From Rhodosorus marinus CCMP1338 (Eukaryota > Plantae > Rhodophyta): a DNA stretch of 64,000 nt. This document shows, piece by piece, positions 37,097 through 50,500 of this stretch. The translations under genes and the position numbers were made by a program. Each line of letters opens with the position of its first letter. The stretch's first letter is position 1. Location of the stretch: positions 1,612,001-1,676,000 of the forward strand of contig JAMWBK010000001.1 in the NCBI GenBank assembly GCA_029953675.1. Direction: 5' to 3'. Below the pieces are notes generated by a model that saw only the letters and a program-made list of their open reading frames with translations, searched no databases and was not told the origin of the DNA.

Positions 37097-39237
37097 ATCG
37101 CGCCAGCAAGAAGGTGAGGACTCCCTACACGGTTCACACTACTGTCACGGACACACTGCAACTCTATACCCCTCCTCTCGCTGCGAATACTTCGTTGCAA
37201 CCCCTTCTGCTAATAAATGCCTTTGCAATCCGAAGCCTATCCCTGCAATGGACTCACTACCCCCAGCTCAAGTGCGTCCCGCTCACAATTGCGTCTTTTC
37301 CAAAAAAAAAAAAATAATCGAAAAATAACGCAAATTCAATATAATCCGGCCTTTCACAAAAAAAAAAAAACAAAACGTCGTTGCCCACAAATGATTTCCA
37401 AGTCTCAAAGCGGGTTGTCTCTAAATCCTTTGCTAATGAATTAGTGAAGTTTATCAGTTGTGACTCGACCGGAACTCGCACGGTGGAACGACGACAAAAA
37501 AGCCTCCCAGACGATACGGGGCAAACCCCTCCCCCCTCGCGGGGGGAGGGATTCCAACCAGGACTGGTATACCCCCCCTTAGAATGGATCAAGCAAAACC
37601 GTGGTACGGATATTTCTATACGCGTCAAGGGCGCTAGGAAATTAGTACAAACGACAGAGAGTGAAAAGAGCTGTAATATACTTCTTTTTATGGACATGTT
37701 CCAATATGCAAAAAAGAGGATATCCAATCCGCCATGTGCTAAAAACGGTGAGGGTAGTTCCCTGGAATATCTTGCACCCTCGGCCAGGGCTGAGTCGTAA
37801 CTAGAAAAATCTGTCATACAGCTTGTTCTAGGCGAGGGGGGTGGAAATTCTTGAGAAAGGTCAAGTGCGCCCTCAGAATCTTCTCACCGAGACCTGCCCA
37901 CATCGGAAACAGCAAAAAAAGAAGAAATCATATTCCGGCCGCACCGAGCACAAACTCAATTGGTTAAGCCCGGGCATAAGTGAACTTCTATCCAATCAAG
38001 AATCTGTAAAATATTTGAAATAAGATAAATAATATCGTCTTCAATCTGAATGACGCTTAATGACTGAGCACGAGTTTTTTTTTCTTAACAATGCTCAAAT
38101 ACAACCGCGTGATTGAGGCATATGCCCCAACGGCCGCCTTGAAAGAATTTTGACGGGCTTGCTGCCTCCTTGCCCAAGCAATATCGGCGATTCCACCCTG
38201 GACTTAGATATTCTCATGCCTCATATCTGCCCCAACACTTGCCCCTATGTATGTGTTGGGGGAGGGCTGGTTCCAGAAGGTTAGATGGGCTGAGGGCTCT
38301 CATATATGTCGAGGTCCCCTGTCAAAGGGGCTGCTGCTACTACTCAAGAAGCACGTATATCTGCATCGATATAATGATTTTTAATGACGCTTCAATTTAT
38401 TTTCATTATACGAATGGCTTCGCGATTTTAGTTGTCTGAAAGCATATGATAATGGGACAATTTTCATGAATATTTAAAATAAATTTGACATGGGGCATAT
38501 CCGCTTTGGGAACGTGCCCCAAAATAAAAATGACCCATCATATTTTTATCCTCATCGCATTGGGGCCCGCCCCCTTCAGGATGGCATGCCTCAATCCGAC
38601 AACCCCTATTGCCCAAGCCACATCTTCCCAGGCCCACCTCAGAAATGTTTACACAGAGAGTTTCGTTGCTTTGCACGATACAAGTTGCTACAAAGAGTCC
38701 ATCTCCGCTAGCGTGAGCTCAGGATACGTGATGAGTTTGTTGAAAGACTACGTCCAATCTTTGGCAAAAAGTATACAGCTGTGCCGACAACAGTCGGTTG
38801 CAAACAGAGACGTTGCCGTTACGGCTGTATGGTTCTACCTCCGCTTCCGTCAGCGGATTCCTCCCGGTGTTCTCTTAAAACTTAGCAGCTCATTCAGCTA
38901 TTATAAGTACTCCGTTGCAGTCCAATGGCTCCGACTTGCAGTCTCGGCCGCGATCAAATCTGCATTTCTTGATTTGCGCCAAAACTTTTTGCATCTCACA
39001 AAATAGTACTATGGCAAGCACAGATGAGGGTTGGCATTCTCCGTATTCCAATTGAAACCGAAACGGGTGCGACCAATATTCGAATCCATCCGGTTGATAT
39101 GCTCCCGCATATGGGCACTAAACGTGCTGAGATATGGACAAAACAGAGTTTCTTTATCTGAAAACCCAAACTCCCACTTGACCCAAATCGAAGTACGAGC
39201 AAGCCAGAATCGCGACCAAATTGATTTGATGCCAACC

Positions 39238-41070
39238 TCAGCGGAAATGCCAAAAAGCAGAGAATGAGAGACCCATCTGCAGACTGGCAAACGTGTTAAT
39301 TATTGTTTTTTGGGCGTCGTTTCCAAAGCACTTTGCTCTGGCATTATCTCGATCAACGAGCTGCAGGTGATGCACACGCTCGTCAGAGCCCATAGTCACT
39401 GCATCGTCCCAACTGTCTGCATCGGATGACTCTTCGACCAGCTTTGGGACAACCACGTATGACATCAAGTCCGCAGCTTTAGCGGCATGTGCAAACACCG
39501 CGTCGATCTTTGCCTGAGAAGGAGCCGCAGTGAAAAGGCTGCAAATTGTCAACAAGAACACAGAGAAACACGTGGAGAAGAAAGCGAAGTAGAGGAAGTT
39601 TGAATAGACACTAATGGAGAGAACTGCGTTCTTCGGAGGGTTTTCCATTATCTTAAAAACGCTCTCCACAACGAAGCGAATAAGGCCTATTAGACCTCCG
39701 GAAAACAGTGTTATAGTGGCCGCCCTTGGAGTCGCTCCCTTCCACAGGATTCCAGCAAGATACACTACTGCGATAGGCGGGGCCACGTACGAGATAATGC
39801 TCTGGATGTAGAGGTACAGACCGTCCCCAGTTTTCGAAATGACTGGGATCCAAAGGATCCCGATGATGGTCAGAAGTACAATAGAGACTCGACCAACAAT
39901 TACCAAGGAACGGTCAGTAGAACGTGGGCGCAGCCGCTTGTAGAATTCATAGGATATGATCGCAGACGTCGAGTTGTAAGTTGACGCAAGAGATGACATG
40001 AGTGCAGCGAGCATCGCCGCTACCATAAGCCCTAAAAGGCCATGCGGCAGTATGTTTGACACGATCGTCGGAAACGCAAGGTTGGAATTCTCCCGCACCT
40101 CAGGATACAAGACACGAGCGCATAGTCCAGGTAACACCATTATCGGCGGAATGAGGAGCTTCGCATAAGCGGTTAACACGCATCCACCCTTCGCATGAGC
40201 AACAGACTTCGCCGCCAATACCCGCTGTGTGATAACTTGGTCAGTGCACCAGTAGAAGACCTCCATAGCAGGGAGGCCCAAGACTATCCCTGGCCAAGGG
40301 AACTCAACCCAATCGGGCCCGTTTGCAGGTTGAAAGAGGTGCAGCATCCACTTTCGATCCGGAGATTCAGAAACTATTGCCTCGGACATGCTGCTCCAAC
40401 CGCCAGCTGCTTGAATCGACAAGACCGCTAATGGCAGCCCTCCCAGGAGCAGAACAAATGCCTGCACAATTTCCGTCATAATAACAGCTTCCAACCCGCC
40501 GATAACGGTGTAAATACAAGTACCGATCACAAGTGATAACAGCGATACCCAGGGTGACCACCCGAGCAGGCTTTGAAGTACGAGCGATCCGGAGTATAAA
40601 GTTACGCAGATCTTCACAACCACGCCAGTGAAAACGGTAACAATGGCGATGTAGACCCTCGCCGCAGTTGAGAAGCGTATACTGAGAAATTCTGGAACAG
40701 TTGTAATCCTCGTTGACAGATAAAACGGAACGAAGAGGTATCCAAGAACTAGAGTTATGAAAACAGAAGCCAGCCACTCGAAACTGGCTACTGCCAGTCC
40801 ACTGTTGGCCCCAGAACCCGCAAGGGCCACGAAATGTTCAGATCCAATGTTCGACATGAAAAGCGAGCATCCTACTCCGACCCACGTTGCATTCCTCCCC
40901 GCGAGGAAAAAGTCCTCTGAGTCTTTTACGCGCAGTCCGTCCCCATCATCTGAGGCCTGAGATGCTCGGACCTTCTTTCTCCAAGACAGGAACCCAAGGA
41001 GAAGTGCTAGCAAAACAAAATATCCAACAACGATGACGACGTCGGCTGAGTTCAGTACAGCGCCTGTCAT
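39238..41070 (-). CDS. Intronless sodium:solute symporter (SSS/SLC5, SGLT/SMIT-like)
   Basis: FFLAGRN..VGCSLFMSNIGSEHFVALAGSG..GLAVASFEW, GGLEAVIMTEIVQ, YWCTDQVITQRVLAAKS..HAKGG, GLMVAAMLAALMSSLASTYNS, with many hydrophobic spans. The first ATG is at 41070. Confidence 0.92.
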   Translation of the reverse strand: MTGAVLNSADVVIVVGYFVLLALLLGFLSWRKKVRASQASDDGDGLRVKDSEDFFLAGRNATWVGVGCSLFMSNIGSEHFVALAGSGANSGLAVASFEWLASVFITLVLGYLFVPFYLSTRITTVPEFLSIRFSTAARVYIAIVTVFTGVVVKICVTLYSGSLVLQSLLGWSPWVSLLSLVIGTCIYTVIGGLEAVIMTEIVQAFVLLLGGLPLAVLSIQAAGGWSSMSEAIVSESPDRKWMLHLFQPANGPDWVEFPWPGIVLGLPAMEVFYWCTDQVITQRVLAAKSVAHAKGGCVLTAYAKLLIPPIMVLPGLCARVLYPEVRENSNLAFPTIVSNILPHGLLGLMVAAMLAALMSSLASTYNSTSAIISYEFYKRLRPRSTDRSLVIVGRVSIVLLTIIGILWIPVISKTGDGLYLYIQSIISYVAPPIAVVYLAGILWKGATPRAATITLFSGGLIGLIRFVVESVFKIMENPPKNAVLSISVYSNFLYFAFFSTCFSVFLLTICSLFTAAPSQAKIDAVFAHAAKAADLMSYVVVPKLVEESSDADSWDDAVTMGSDERVHHLQLVDRDNARAKCFGNDAQKTIINTFASLQMGLSFSAFWHFR

Positions 41071-42583
41071 ACCAGATCGAGACTTGGTACGATCTGATCG
41101 TTGGAACAATCCCAACGGCTCGAATTGGGTCACACCATTATGTAGGAATGAGAGCAAAGCCTTCCCGCGTCTGGACTATGGGCTCCTCCCTAACGCGTGC
41201 AAAACTGGGTCGATGAACTCCCGGCTCCCGAGTACTACCGCTTATAAAGCAAATGCTCCCTTGTCCACGTAGCTTTCTCTATGAAGACTCCAGAAAGCTC
41301 TCTCCGACGAGCGATGCATTCAACACAAAAGGACCGCGTCGACCCGCAGCAAACAATACTAGCACATCAGGCAAACCCACGTAGACTTTTAGTGGGTCTT
41401 CACAAGGCACCTCAAAATGTCTTCCCCCAAGTGGGAGGGTGTCGTAAATAGCATACACCCCACTACATTCCGAATTGTTGCTTCCGTAGGTGAGGATTCA
41501 TTCGCAAGGTTCCAGAAAGAGGAAAAACTTGATCTCGCATTGCCGGACAGTTTTGTTCAGCAGCCATAGACGCCGTTTCGGGGTTCAATCGCAGGCTCTT
41601 AGGATGCACAGATTGAGCGTCTAGCAAAACTACTTCGCAAGACTTGCAGTTCCTTATAAGAAACTCTGGCAGTTTTCGGATCACCTTTGAATAGGCCACA
41701 CATAGGCGATGCTCATCGCCTAGTCATTCCCTTAATCCAAACGCGCCTCTGCAACATTTGATCCCTGAGTGGGGTCGTAATTCACTGTTTGAAGGGCCGA
41801 AGTTTTGATAGTCGATGCCCCTACAAAAGCAAGGACGCGAGCTTGACTCGGGCTCTTCGCCTTGAGTCAGAAACCCCAGAACGGGTATTCTCCGTTTTAT
41901 CGCCAGCACCTTGTAGCCGGCCGGACCCGAAGTTTCTTCGATAAGGTCAAACCCTTTCCAGTTCTAACCTGAAAAACTTCAGCGCATGATGGGACCAACG
42001 TCTCTCTCGTGTGGAAGATCAAGAGACAGCGTCATTCGCTGTCTTCCCTGAGGCAATAGCTCGGTTTGTGGCCTTTGGAACAAACTGTGGCTACCCAACT
42101 TTCCGGCGCTGCAAATGCTAAGCTTCTAAGAGGCCTGTCTGGCTGTCCAAGGCATTGAGGTGAGATTGAACTCTTGTCCGTCCTCCTCTGAACATTCTTC
42201 TGGATTGTGGCGTGGGAACGGTATCTTGCATTCAATAAGACGAGTTCAATGTCAGGCTACTCTTTCGCATCGTCCCCTATATCCCAGCTGAATAGTGCCT
42301 TTGACGAAGCGATCATTGTTGCACCCTCACACACGCTGATTTTCAGGGCTATGACTTTGAATGCGGTTGCGCATAGAGACTGGGTGTCTGTGGCAAGAGT
42401 CGGGTAAGAGTACTATGAAAGCAAGCCAGTGGTTGGAGGGGCCACGAAGAAGTGAGGAGTCCTACGAATCCGATGACGAGCTTGCATGCGTTGGGAGCAG
42501 ATTCTGGTTTCGTAGGCTTTGGGTTTCAGGTACATGATATGAAATAGGAATTCGGCCGAGGGCTTGTTAATTCCTTTCGCCTA

Positions 42584-44238
42584 ATGGAGTGTTTCCATGC
42601 GGCAGCCGCCGCTGGAAAGCATCCAACGATGATGGTTGGTGAGAAGCCTAGGGCAGAGGTGAATGGGGTGACGATCTCCGAGGATGCGAGACAGTTAAAG
42701 AATGGAGGCTTGGTTGTGACGACGCATCGGCTTATTTTCTGGTCGAAAAAACTCTGCGTGGCCGCGAAAATATCGGATGTGCGAGCGGAGCCTGAGAAGT
42801 CCAAGGGCCTCTTAGGTCTGCGAATCACCCTCACGCTCGGGGTTGCCAAACGAAGGGTGAAAGTTGACTTTTCGAGTAAGAAGGACCGCGATGTTGCGAT
42901 AGCGGCGATCTCAGACGCCCTCCGAGAGGAATCCTGGAAGTCAAAGAAGGCGGCTCCCGTTGCGAATCCGAAGCCAAAGGAAGAAAAACAAACTGCTAAT
43001 CCGCAACCAGCGTCATCTAATACTCAAGCCGTGTATCAGCAGACCGCCGTTCAGTCGCAGAGTTACCAAGCATACCAACAACAGCAGCAGGCTCCTCCCA
43101 ACCAGTGGGGATATCCAGGACACTACCAGCAACCATATGGACAGCCGGCACAGTACAATAACCAGTTTCAACCATACGGATACTATCCGCCGCCGAACCA
43201 GGCCTATCCACCCTCGCAAGCCTATCCAACATCCCAAATGCCGAACCAGTACGTAAGTGGTCCTCCGTACTACGCTCAGCAGCAGCAATACCCGCTTGGG
43301 AGTGGACCAGGCAACCCTTCGCCAGGAAATTATGGCGGGGCTCAAGGCTATGCAGGACCAGAAGCGCAGAATCAGACGGCAGGTGAAGGGGGATTCAATC
43401 CCGTTCAGATGGGGGTGGGGGGGTTGATTGCGAGGGAAAAGCAGAAAGAGTACGATAGAGGCAAAGCCCTGAACGCTGCCTTTACTGACCTGGACGGGTT
43501 GATGAATAATGCGAAGGAGTTGGTGATTATTGCTCAAAAATTCAAAACCCTGCGGGCACAAGAATCGGACATAGCGCCGGAGGACGAGGAGTTTCAGGCG
43601 ATGATGGCAGAGATAGGGATTGACGATCCTGTCAGTAAGACATCTATAGGCAACGATCGTCAGAAGTATTACGATGAACTATCCAAACAGTTGGGCACCT
43701 TCCTCGTAGAACCATTGGACCGAATGGGAGGTGTGCTGACCTTGACAGATGTGTACTGCGTCTACAATAGGGCTCGAAATAGCACTGAATTGGTGGCGCC
43801 CGAAGATGTCTTTAAAGCCTGCGAAAGATTTGAGATGCTTGGAGTTGAACTCAAGCTTACGAAGCTCGACTCTAACGTCCTCATCGTTGAATCAAGGGAC
43901 TTCAGGGGGGAAAAGGGGGCACAGAGGGTTTTAGAAGCCACAGAAGAACGGTAAGTGTGGCGCCCAAATCGTGGTTTTTGGCTCTGGTTCTGTGTCCCAT
44001 GTTTACCAAGCCATCTGTTGACAAAAAAAATTGTGTGATTCCGTGAATGTGCAGAGGGAGCTTGAGCCCAATGGACCTCGCCAATGAAAGCAACATTCCC
44101 CTTGGACTGGCGCTGGAGCAACTTCAAAACGCAGAAAGGCTTGAGAAGCTATGCCGCGATGAAGGAGGGTTAAATGACCAGGGTGTCCTCAGGTTCTATC
44201 CCAATCTCTTCCACACCCAGTACGCCAAGAAGAACTGA
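42584..44238 (+). CDS. VPS36: ESCRT-II subunit VPS36 (GLUE domain, low-complexity insert, winged-helix region)
   Basis: GGLVVTTHRLIFW (GLUE), GVGGLI..AFTDLDGLMNNAKELV, IGIDDPVSK, YYDELSKQL and GGVLTLTDVYCVYNRAR..ELVAPED..ACE. One intron after 43951; last exon ends VLRFYPNLF. Confidence 0.9.
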
Positions 44239-44570
44239 AGTTTGAAAACCCAATCCTGAGCTCTGCACTAGAACCCGAGCGACCTTCCAAGGCATGAGAA
44301 CTTCTGGAGTAGGCGAAAGTTAAATGTGCAGGGTCTGTAATCCGAGAATACCGAACACCATCTAGAACTAGTTTTCACCGTGTAAATACGTAATATTAAA
44401 CAGAGAGAAGCCAGAGTGCACCAGTAGCTCAAGGCCTGGGGCTAAGGCGCGTTCGTAAAGGAGAGACCTTGCTCCATCTATTAATTGCCAACCTACAGTG
44501 TTTTTCGACGAGCAAATCGGCGACAAAATCTAATCAACACCCATTGGGAGGGTATCCAACTTTCGACAGC

Positions 44571-47500
44571 TCATGAAGTAGACAACACCTTCGCACCAGC
44601 GATCTCAAGTTGGGATTTTGATTTTTCTCGCCGCAGGTGCTCGTCGTTGAACCATGTTTTCCAACGTTGAGCGCTGGCTGATTCATCTGGCTTGCGCTTC
44701 TTCGCCGGCCTCCACTGGATTGCTGCGTCCTCCTTTCCCCCAGTGAACATCAGTCGACCACCATTAACAATTCTCATTTCAAGCCTATTTAACATCTCGC
44801 AGCTCAGCGTCATCTCCTCCCGTTTCCGCTTGGAAATCTTCGACTCGCAGCTCTTCAACCACCGAGAACTCAAGCTCTCGTCTCCCTCGCTCTCGTTGTC
44901 AGTACTCTGTGCACTAGCTTCCAAGGTCCTACCGAAACCGGCATTATCAACACCAAGAAGATGCATACGTACGAGGGAACGGTTTCCCGCGGTTCCGAGT
45001 CGGTACATGGACACCTTCCTCTCCTCCGCAAACCGATTACTCGCAGCACGATGATAGATTTCCTCTGAACTTTCACTGCGGACTCCTTGAATTGCATCGT
45101 GCTCGAAGAACAACCTTGCTAAGTAGTTGGAAATCGAGTTGCTGTTGTGTCCAAAAATGTGAATGACCTGTCAAGAGCAACGAGACAATCCCGTTTTCAG
45201 TCATCGGCACGTCCATATCAAGAAACGGGTGATGCCAATTCCTCTATTGGATCTCTCCCATCTCACCTGCTTTCCAAGCTTTCTAACGTGCTTGTCCATC
45301 GTGAACAAGAGATAGGAAGATGTTCCAAGGATGCCACGACATCTATCATCATAGCGGACAGCATCTATACTATTGTTCAGAAGGCCTGTCAGCGACAGTA
45401 CGTATTCCCTGAAGAGATATTTGGGATCGGTTGACGTCAACCGAAATGCGCCGTTCCCATATTCTGCAGTCTGCCCTAAGGAGGACGGTCTACTCATGAA
45501 TTCAATAAGGGAGGATTAGACAAAGAAATAAATGACCTTCAGCTTGCTGCCACCCAGGAATGTTTCTCGTAACCATCTTCCCAAGCAAAAGACTTACAAT
45601 TTTTTCATTCCGTGTCCGCCAGATCCGTTCTCTGCTAGTTCATTTCGCTTTCTGCGTCTTTTCTCTTCTTCACTTTTCTCTACAGCCATTCTCCACGCGG
45701 CGCTCAGCCTTTCATGCACGATGTGTCCAAATCTGAATAATATATAGAGCATTTCATCGCAGTACATCACCATATCCTCGCGCAACCGCTTCTGACTATT
45801 CGAGTCCGCATCACCAGTAGCGAGTTGCGCCACAGGGATATCCTCCCCGAACCGGGGTTTCAATGTCGCCATTACATCGTCAAGATCAACATCTGAGAAT
45901 CCACGACCCTTCAGCCCAAACACGGAGCCAACCAGATGCCGGTACGCAGCAGTCATTCTGGCAGCCTCCGTTGAGTTCGAGCACTCGGTCGCCAGAAGGA
46001 GCTCAACAATATCCGCGATTTCCGAGTGCATTTCTGGTTGTGTATACGGCAACTCGATGCAGTTCGGCATAATCTTCGATACACGTGCCGCGGCTGAACC
46101 GTACAGCGAAAACCCGTCCAAGCCCGAGCCTTGCGAATGAATGGTATTGCTCGGGTTCGTATGACTGGAGCTAGCGTTGCTATGACCATCATTTGATCCC
46201 CGGGACCCGCCGTTCGCCTTGGCAGGATTCGCTGAAATCTCCTGGATCATGCTTTTCGCGCTCAGCTCCTTCTTATCAGCCTGCTTAAAGTAAAATGAAC
46301 GATGATCCAGAGACTTGTAGTAGTTCTTTTCGCACACTTCCCTCCAAATCTTGTTCATTTCAATTCTTGCTTTCCGCCACTGCTCGTCTTTTTGTTTTAA
46401 CCGCGCAAGAACAACCGGAATGGCCACAGATGGATTCAACTTAACCTGCTCAATAATATCGGATCCGTGGTCTCCGTAGATCCTTTCGATCGCTCGCACA
46501 TGCACGGGGCTAAGGGCCTCATCGGCTAAGGCGTGTCTCTTCATTTCGTCCGATGAAAGCTTTCCGATCGTTGCTGCAATAGGCTCCAGCTTGGCAATTA
46601 TAGCCGCGTTGGTTTCGATAACCATGTCGAGCTCATATCGATCGTCCTCACACCGGAAAAGATTGTCCTCGAATTGGTTCTTTCGAAAATGCTTGAATGA
46701 GTAGTCCTCACTGCCCATGGGCACACTAACCCAATAATCGTTGAGAGTTCTCTTCTCAATCTCAGATCTTCCCCTGCACACGGGAACCACGAAGTCCGGG
46801 GGAAGTCGCTTATACGACTCAGTACAGGTGATAGTACTCTCTGCGGCAATTTCCGACATAGGCCGGGACTTGTATTGCTGGTGCTTAGCCGACATCGTCT
46901 TCGATGCCACCGGTGAGCTCTCGAAAGCTGTATCGTCCCTCTGATCACTTTCCTCGTCCCCGAAGCGTGAAGTTGAACTCGTAGAGTACGACAGAGCATC
47001 CTGAACTCGGGATTCGTTCAAACCGCGGACAGCATCAGCTCCGTACGCTGAGCTGCTAGCCACGGCTCCGCTGTTGGTCATCAAATCAAGGCTGGACGGA
47101 GGTTGATCAGAGCCTGGCATTCCTGCGGAGGCATCTAAAAAGGCCCTGAACGCTTCCCGCAGACTTGGTCTTCCCTGGAACAGTTCTTCAGCCAGCATCA
47201 TTAGCTCTTGTCTAGTAATTATTTCCCTGGAGAACAAGGAGAGGCACTTAATAAACTCCTGGTACAAGTGCGTTCCAGACTGCCCCACTCGCTCCCTAAT
47301 GTCATCGAACAGCTTGACTTCATCACTTTCTCTTTGTGACATCGGCCCCTGAATGAAATCAACTGGTTTGTTCCCTGAGGCATCGAGCGCTCCGTGGCCA
47401 GACAACAATCCAGTTCCGCTAGACTGCCGCCGCGGAGAATTTTCACCTCGTTGCGAGGGGCGCAACATTGGAGGCGGCCCTGGCGGCTGCATTTTCATGG

Positions 47501-50500
47501 GTAACCGTGACTGACCAGTAATTCCAACACTCGCATTAGAACCGGACTGTATCACTGCCCCGGGTGACCTCGACGGGGGTGTGGGTCCAAGCTGTCCACT
47601 AGGAGATTGGGCTGGAACTTTGCCTTGAATGACGTGCTGATGCCCAGAGGCCGGAGGGCCTTGTCCTGCCATTCCCATTCGCACACCAGAACCGCGCGAG
47701 CCCGCCATCGCATCCTTGCCATCGCTGGCAGACGCTCGCTTACGTTTCGACGGTGGACCTTTTGAGGGCTTGCTTCTTGGAGGGGTGGACAATGGAGCGG
47801 AAGAAGATGTAATAGCACCCTTAGGCACCCTGCCAAAGGCGGGGGGTGTACCTCCGGTCCCATGCACAGGAGACTTGGGGCCTGCTCGCCTATCCCCGGC
47901 ATCAGCAGTGTGAGGAGACGAATCCGGGAGAAACCGCTTAAACTCCTCGAGCAAATCCGGATCATCCTTGAAAAGCTCCTGCACTTGTGCGTAGACCTCT
48001 TTGATTGACTTCTGGTCCTTTTGATAGTTCTGCAATATTTCCAAAAATTGCTTGTACACCTCCTCGTGCTCCCGAAAACGACCTTTGATCTTGTTCACGT
48101 AACTAATTGCGTTCTCAAACTCGAGATGGTTTCCAATCGGCTGTTCGCCCTGACTTCCCATAGCCCCTACTCCAATAAAGAACATGGGAGTGGACGAAAT
48201 TCTCAGTACGGGTTTCTAGTATCATCTCAGAATATGAGGAAGGGTGAGAACAAGGAGACGCCGCAGGCACAAGCCCGAACTCGCTCCATGTTGCCCATTC
48301 GCGTAGTTCCGCAAGACTGAAACCGAAAGTTCTGCAGCGAGGGAGGTGTCATTACCTTGTCCAATCGGTGGATACGGTCCCATACCTTTCCCTCCAGACA
48401 TCATCGTTCCTTGGCCTGGGACGTTCATCATTGGACCTCTGTTTCGCCCAGCCATCTGGGAAGGCCCGCCATGCCCTTCAGCAACCGCTCCAAGCGCAAC
48501 ACCTGCTGAGTGAGGCCCTCCGCCATTTTGAAAAACATTCCCCGAGCCCATTATAGCACTACCCCTCTGCTGCTGTCGCTGTTGTTGACCATGAGGTCCC
48601 GGCGACAATCGCGTCTGTCCCATCGCCATCGAGTTGTCCGCTGGGAACTGAGCCATCCCCATCGCACCCCTGGACCCGTTAGGATTCTGAGACTGCGCAC
48701 CTAGCGTCGTCTTTCCACCTCCCGGTGACGTTCGTCTCTGCTGCGATGTCATATTCGAGCTCGACGAGGGGCCTCGAAGCTTTTCCATTCCTGCGCCGAG
48801 CGGATCCTGAGGCCCTGCCTGTAGTTGGGATGACATCGAGGATGCGCAACTGGGCTCTTAGTATCTAAAATGAGTCTCTGACCACTTCCGTGAGGTCCAG
48901 AAGCTGGTCGAAGATTGTAGCATATGCCTTGTTAATTGGTTTTGGACTCTCTGCGCAAACGAACCTGAGAATTATGCTCTGGGGGTCCGGGTGAGCGAGA
49001 GCGCTGCTTATTGGCCTGTTTATGCGAATGTCGCTGCTGTTTCCCTTGCGAGGCCTGGGATTGCTGCTGTTTCTGCGCATGCTGTCTCGGCGTGTGGACG
49101 TGAATGTCTCGGTCAAGTCCAAGATTTTGACCGCTTTGTCCGTGATGAACAGCTAACAAATTCTGCGCCTCCCTTGCCGGGAATGTTGGAGCGGGCCCGG
49201 CAGCGGCTGAGCCTTCTTGGGCAACCTTTCCTCTGCCCTTTCCTCCCGCACCTCTAGGCTTCTGCCCACCGATGCTCGGCTCAGCAGGGAGACCGGCGTT
49301 GTTCTGATGTGCAAAGACAAAAAAGAAGAAAGCACGAAATTCGACTTTCGATTCAGAATCGCTTGTGGTCGCCGGAATGACAACGGCATGCTCCTGAGCA
49401 ACCAAGCTCTACAATCGTGAAGCAGTAGTCCTAACTTCAGGTAACACAAGGCTCACCTTGCTCATATACCGCGGCTTCTTGTCATACGACTGATTGTCAC
49501 CGCCTCCGTCGAAGGAAACTCCTGAAGCATCGTGCGAAGGGCCAAGGCCAGAGCCTTTGCTACCATAGGATGCACCCGTCTGCTTTCCCCCACTAGCCTC
49601 AGTACTGCTTGCCCCTCCTCCGATGGGAGTTTTCTTAAAGCCATGTGGAGTCGAATACGTTGTTGTGCACTGTCCGGTAATTGGGTCGTCGCGCATACCC
49701 TGAATTCTGTACCCCGGAGGCAGGAACGTGTCGAAAGCAAGGATCAGCTCGGTGTGCCCCCTGAACAGCTGAGAGACTCGTTCGATGACTCGATTTGTGT
49801 CAATTAGCTGTGCCTTGAATTCCTTCATGATATCCAGGAATTGATTGTACACGCTTGGCTTGTCATGGAAACGGCTTTTTACGTGTTCGAGGTACGCTAA
49901 AGCGTCTTCAACCTGTAGCTCAACACGAGACGGAGATGAGCTCAGCACTAATCCTTGGGAGGAATCACAAGTTCAAACAACCCGTAGAAAAACGATCTAT
50001 ACTTTGCCGATATAACACGTACCCTTAGCAGTCGGCGATCGCTGTTGGGAGGGTAGTTCCCTTGTTCCACTCTCGTGCTTGGAGAACTCACTGGGGGAGA
50101 TGGTGATGGTAGAGTTGCTCCGACGTTCGATCCCACTGCGCTATTAAAGCCTCTTCCCCCCTGGGAAACCTGCAAGTACATTTCACACCAACCATTAGCT
50201 CATGGTAAAGGCTTACGCGAGGGACGAATTCAAGATTTATTTGCTCAAAAAGCTGCTCACCCTCCCAGAGTGCTCCTGATTTCCTTGCGGGAATGGAGGG
50301 CCCGCGGGATTCGCAACAGGCGCAAGAGGCACGGCTCCCGACTCCCCAACTTCACCAGCACGCGGCTGACGGGTCACATGAGGAAAAGCTCCAGCGCTTA
50401 GTCCAGGAAGCGGTGCTTGAGCCTGCTCCGAGCCTCGCCGAGCGATCCCAGAGCCGCGCGATTCCGCGTCGATTCGATCGGTTACCTTAACCGCTTTCCC

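Noticed and set aside
38485-39006. 173-aa plus-strand ORF, and a faint hAT-like CxxH..AKD wording on the minus strand
   Set aside because: No family motif; the minus frames are full of stops; neither reading can be supported.
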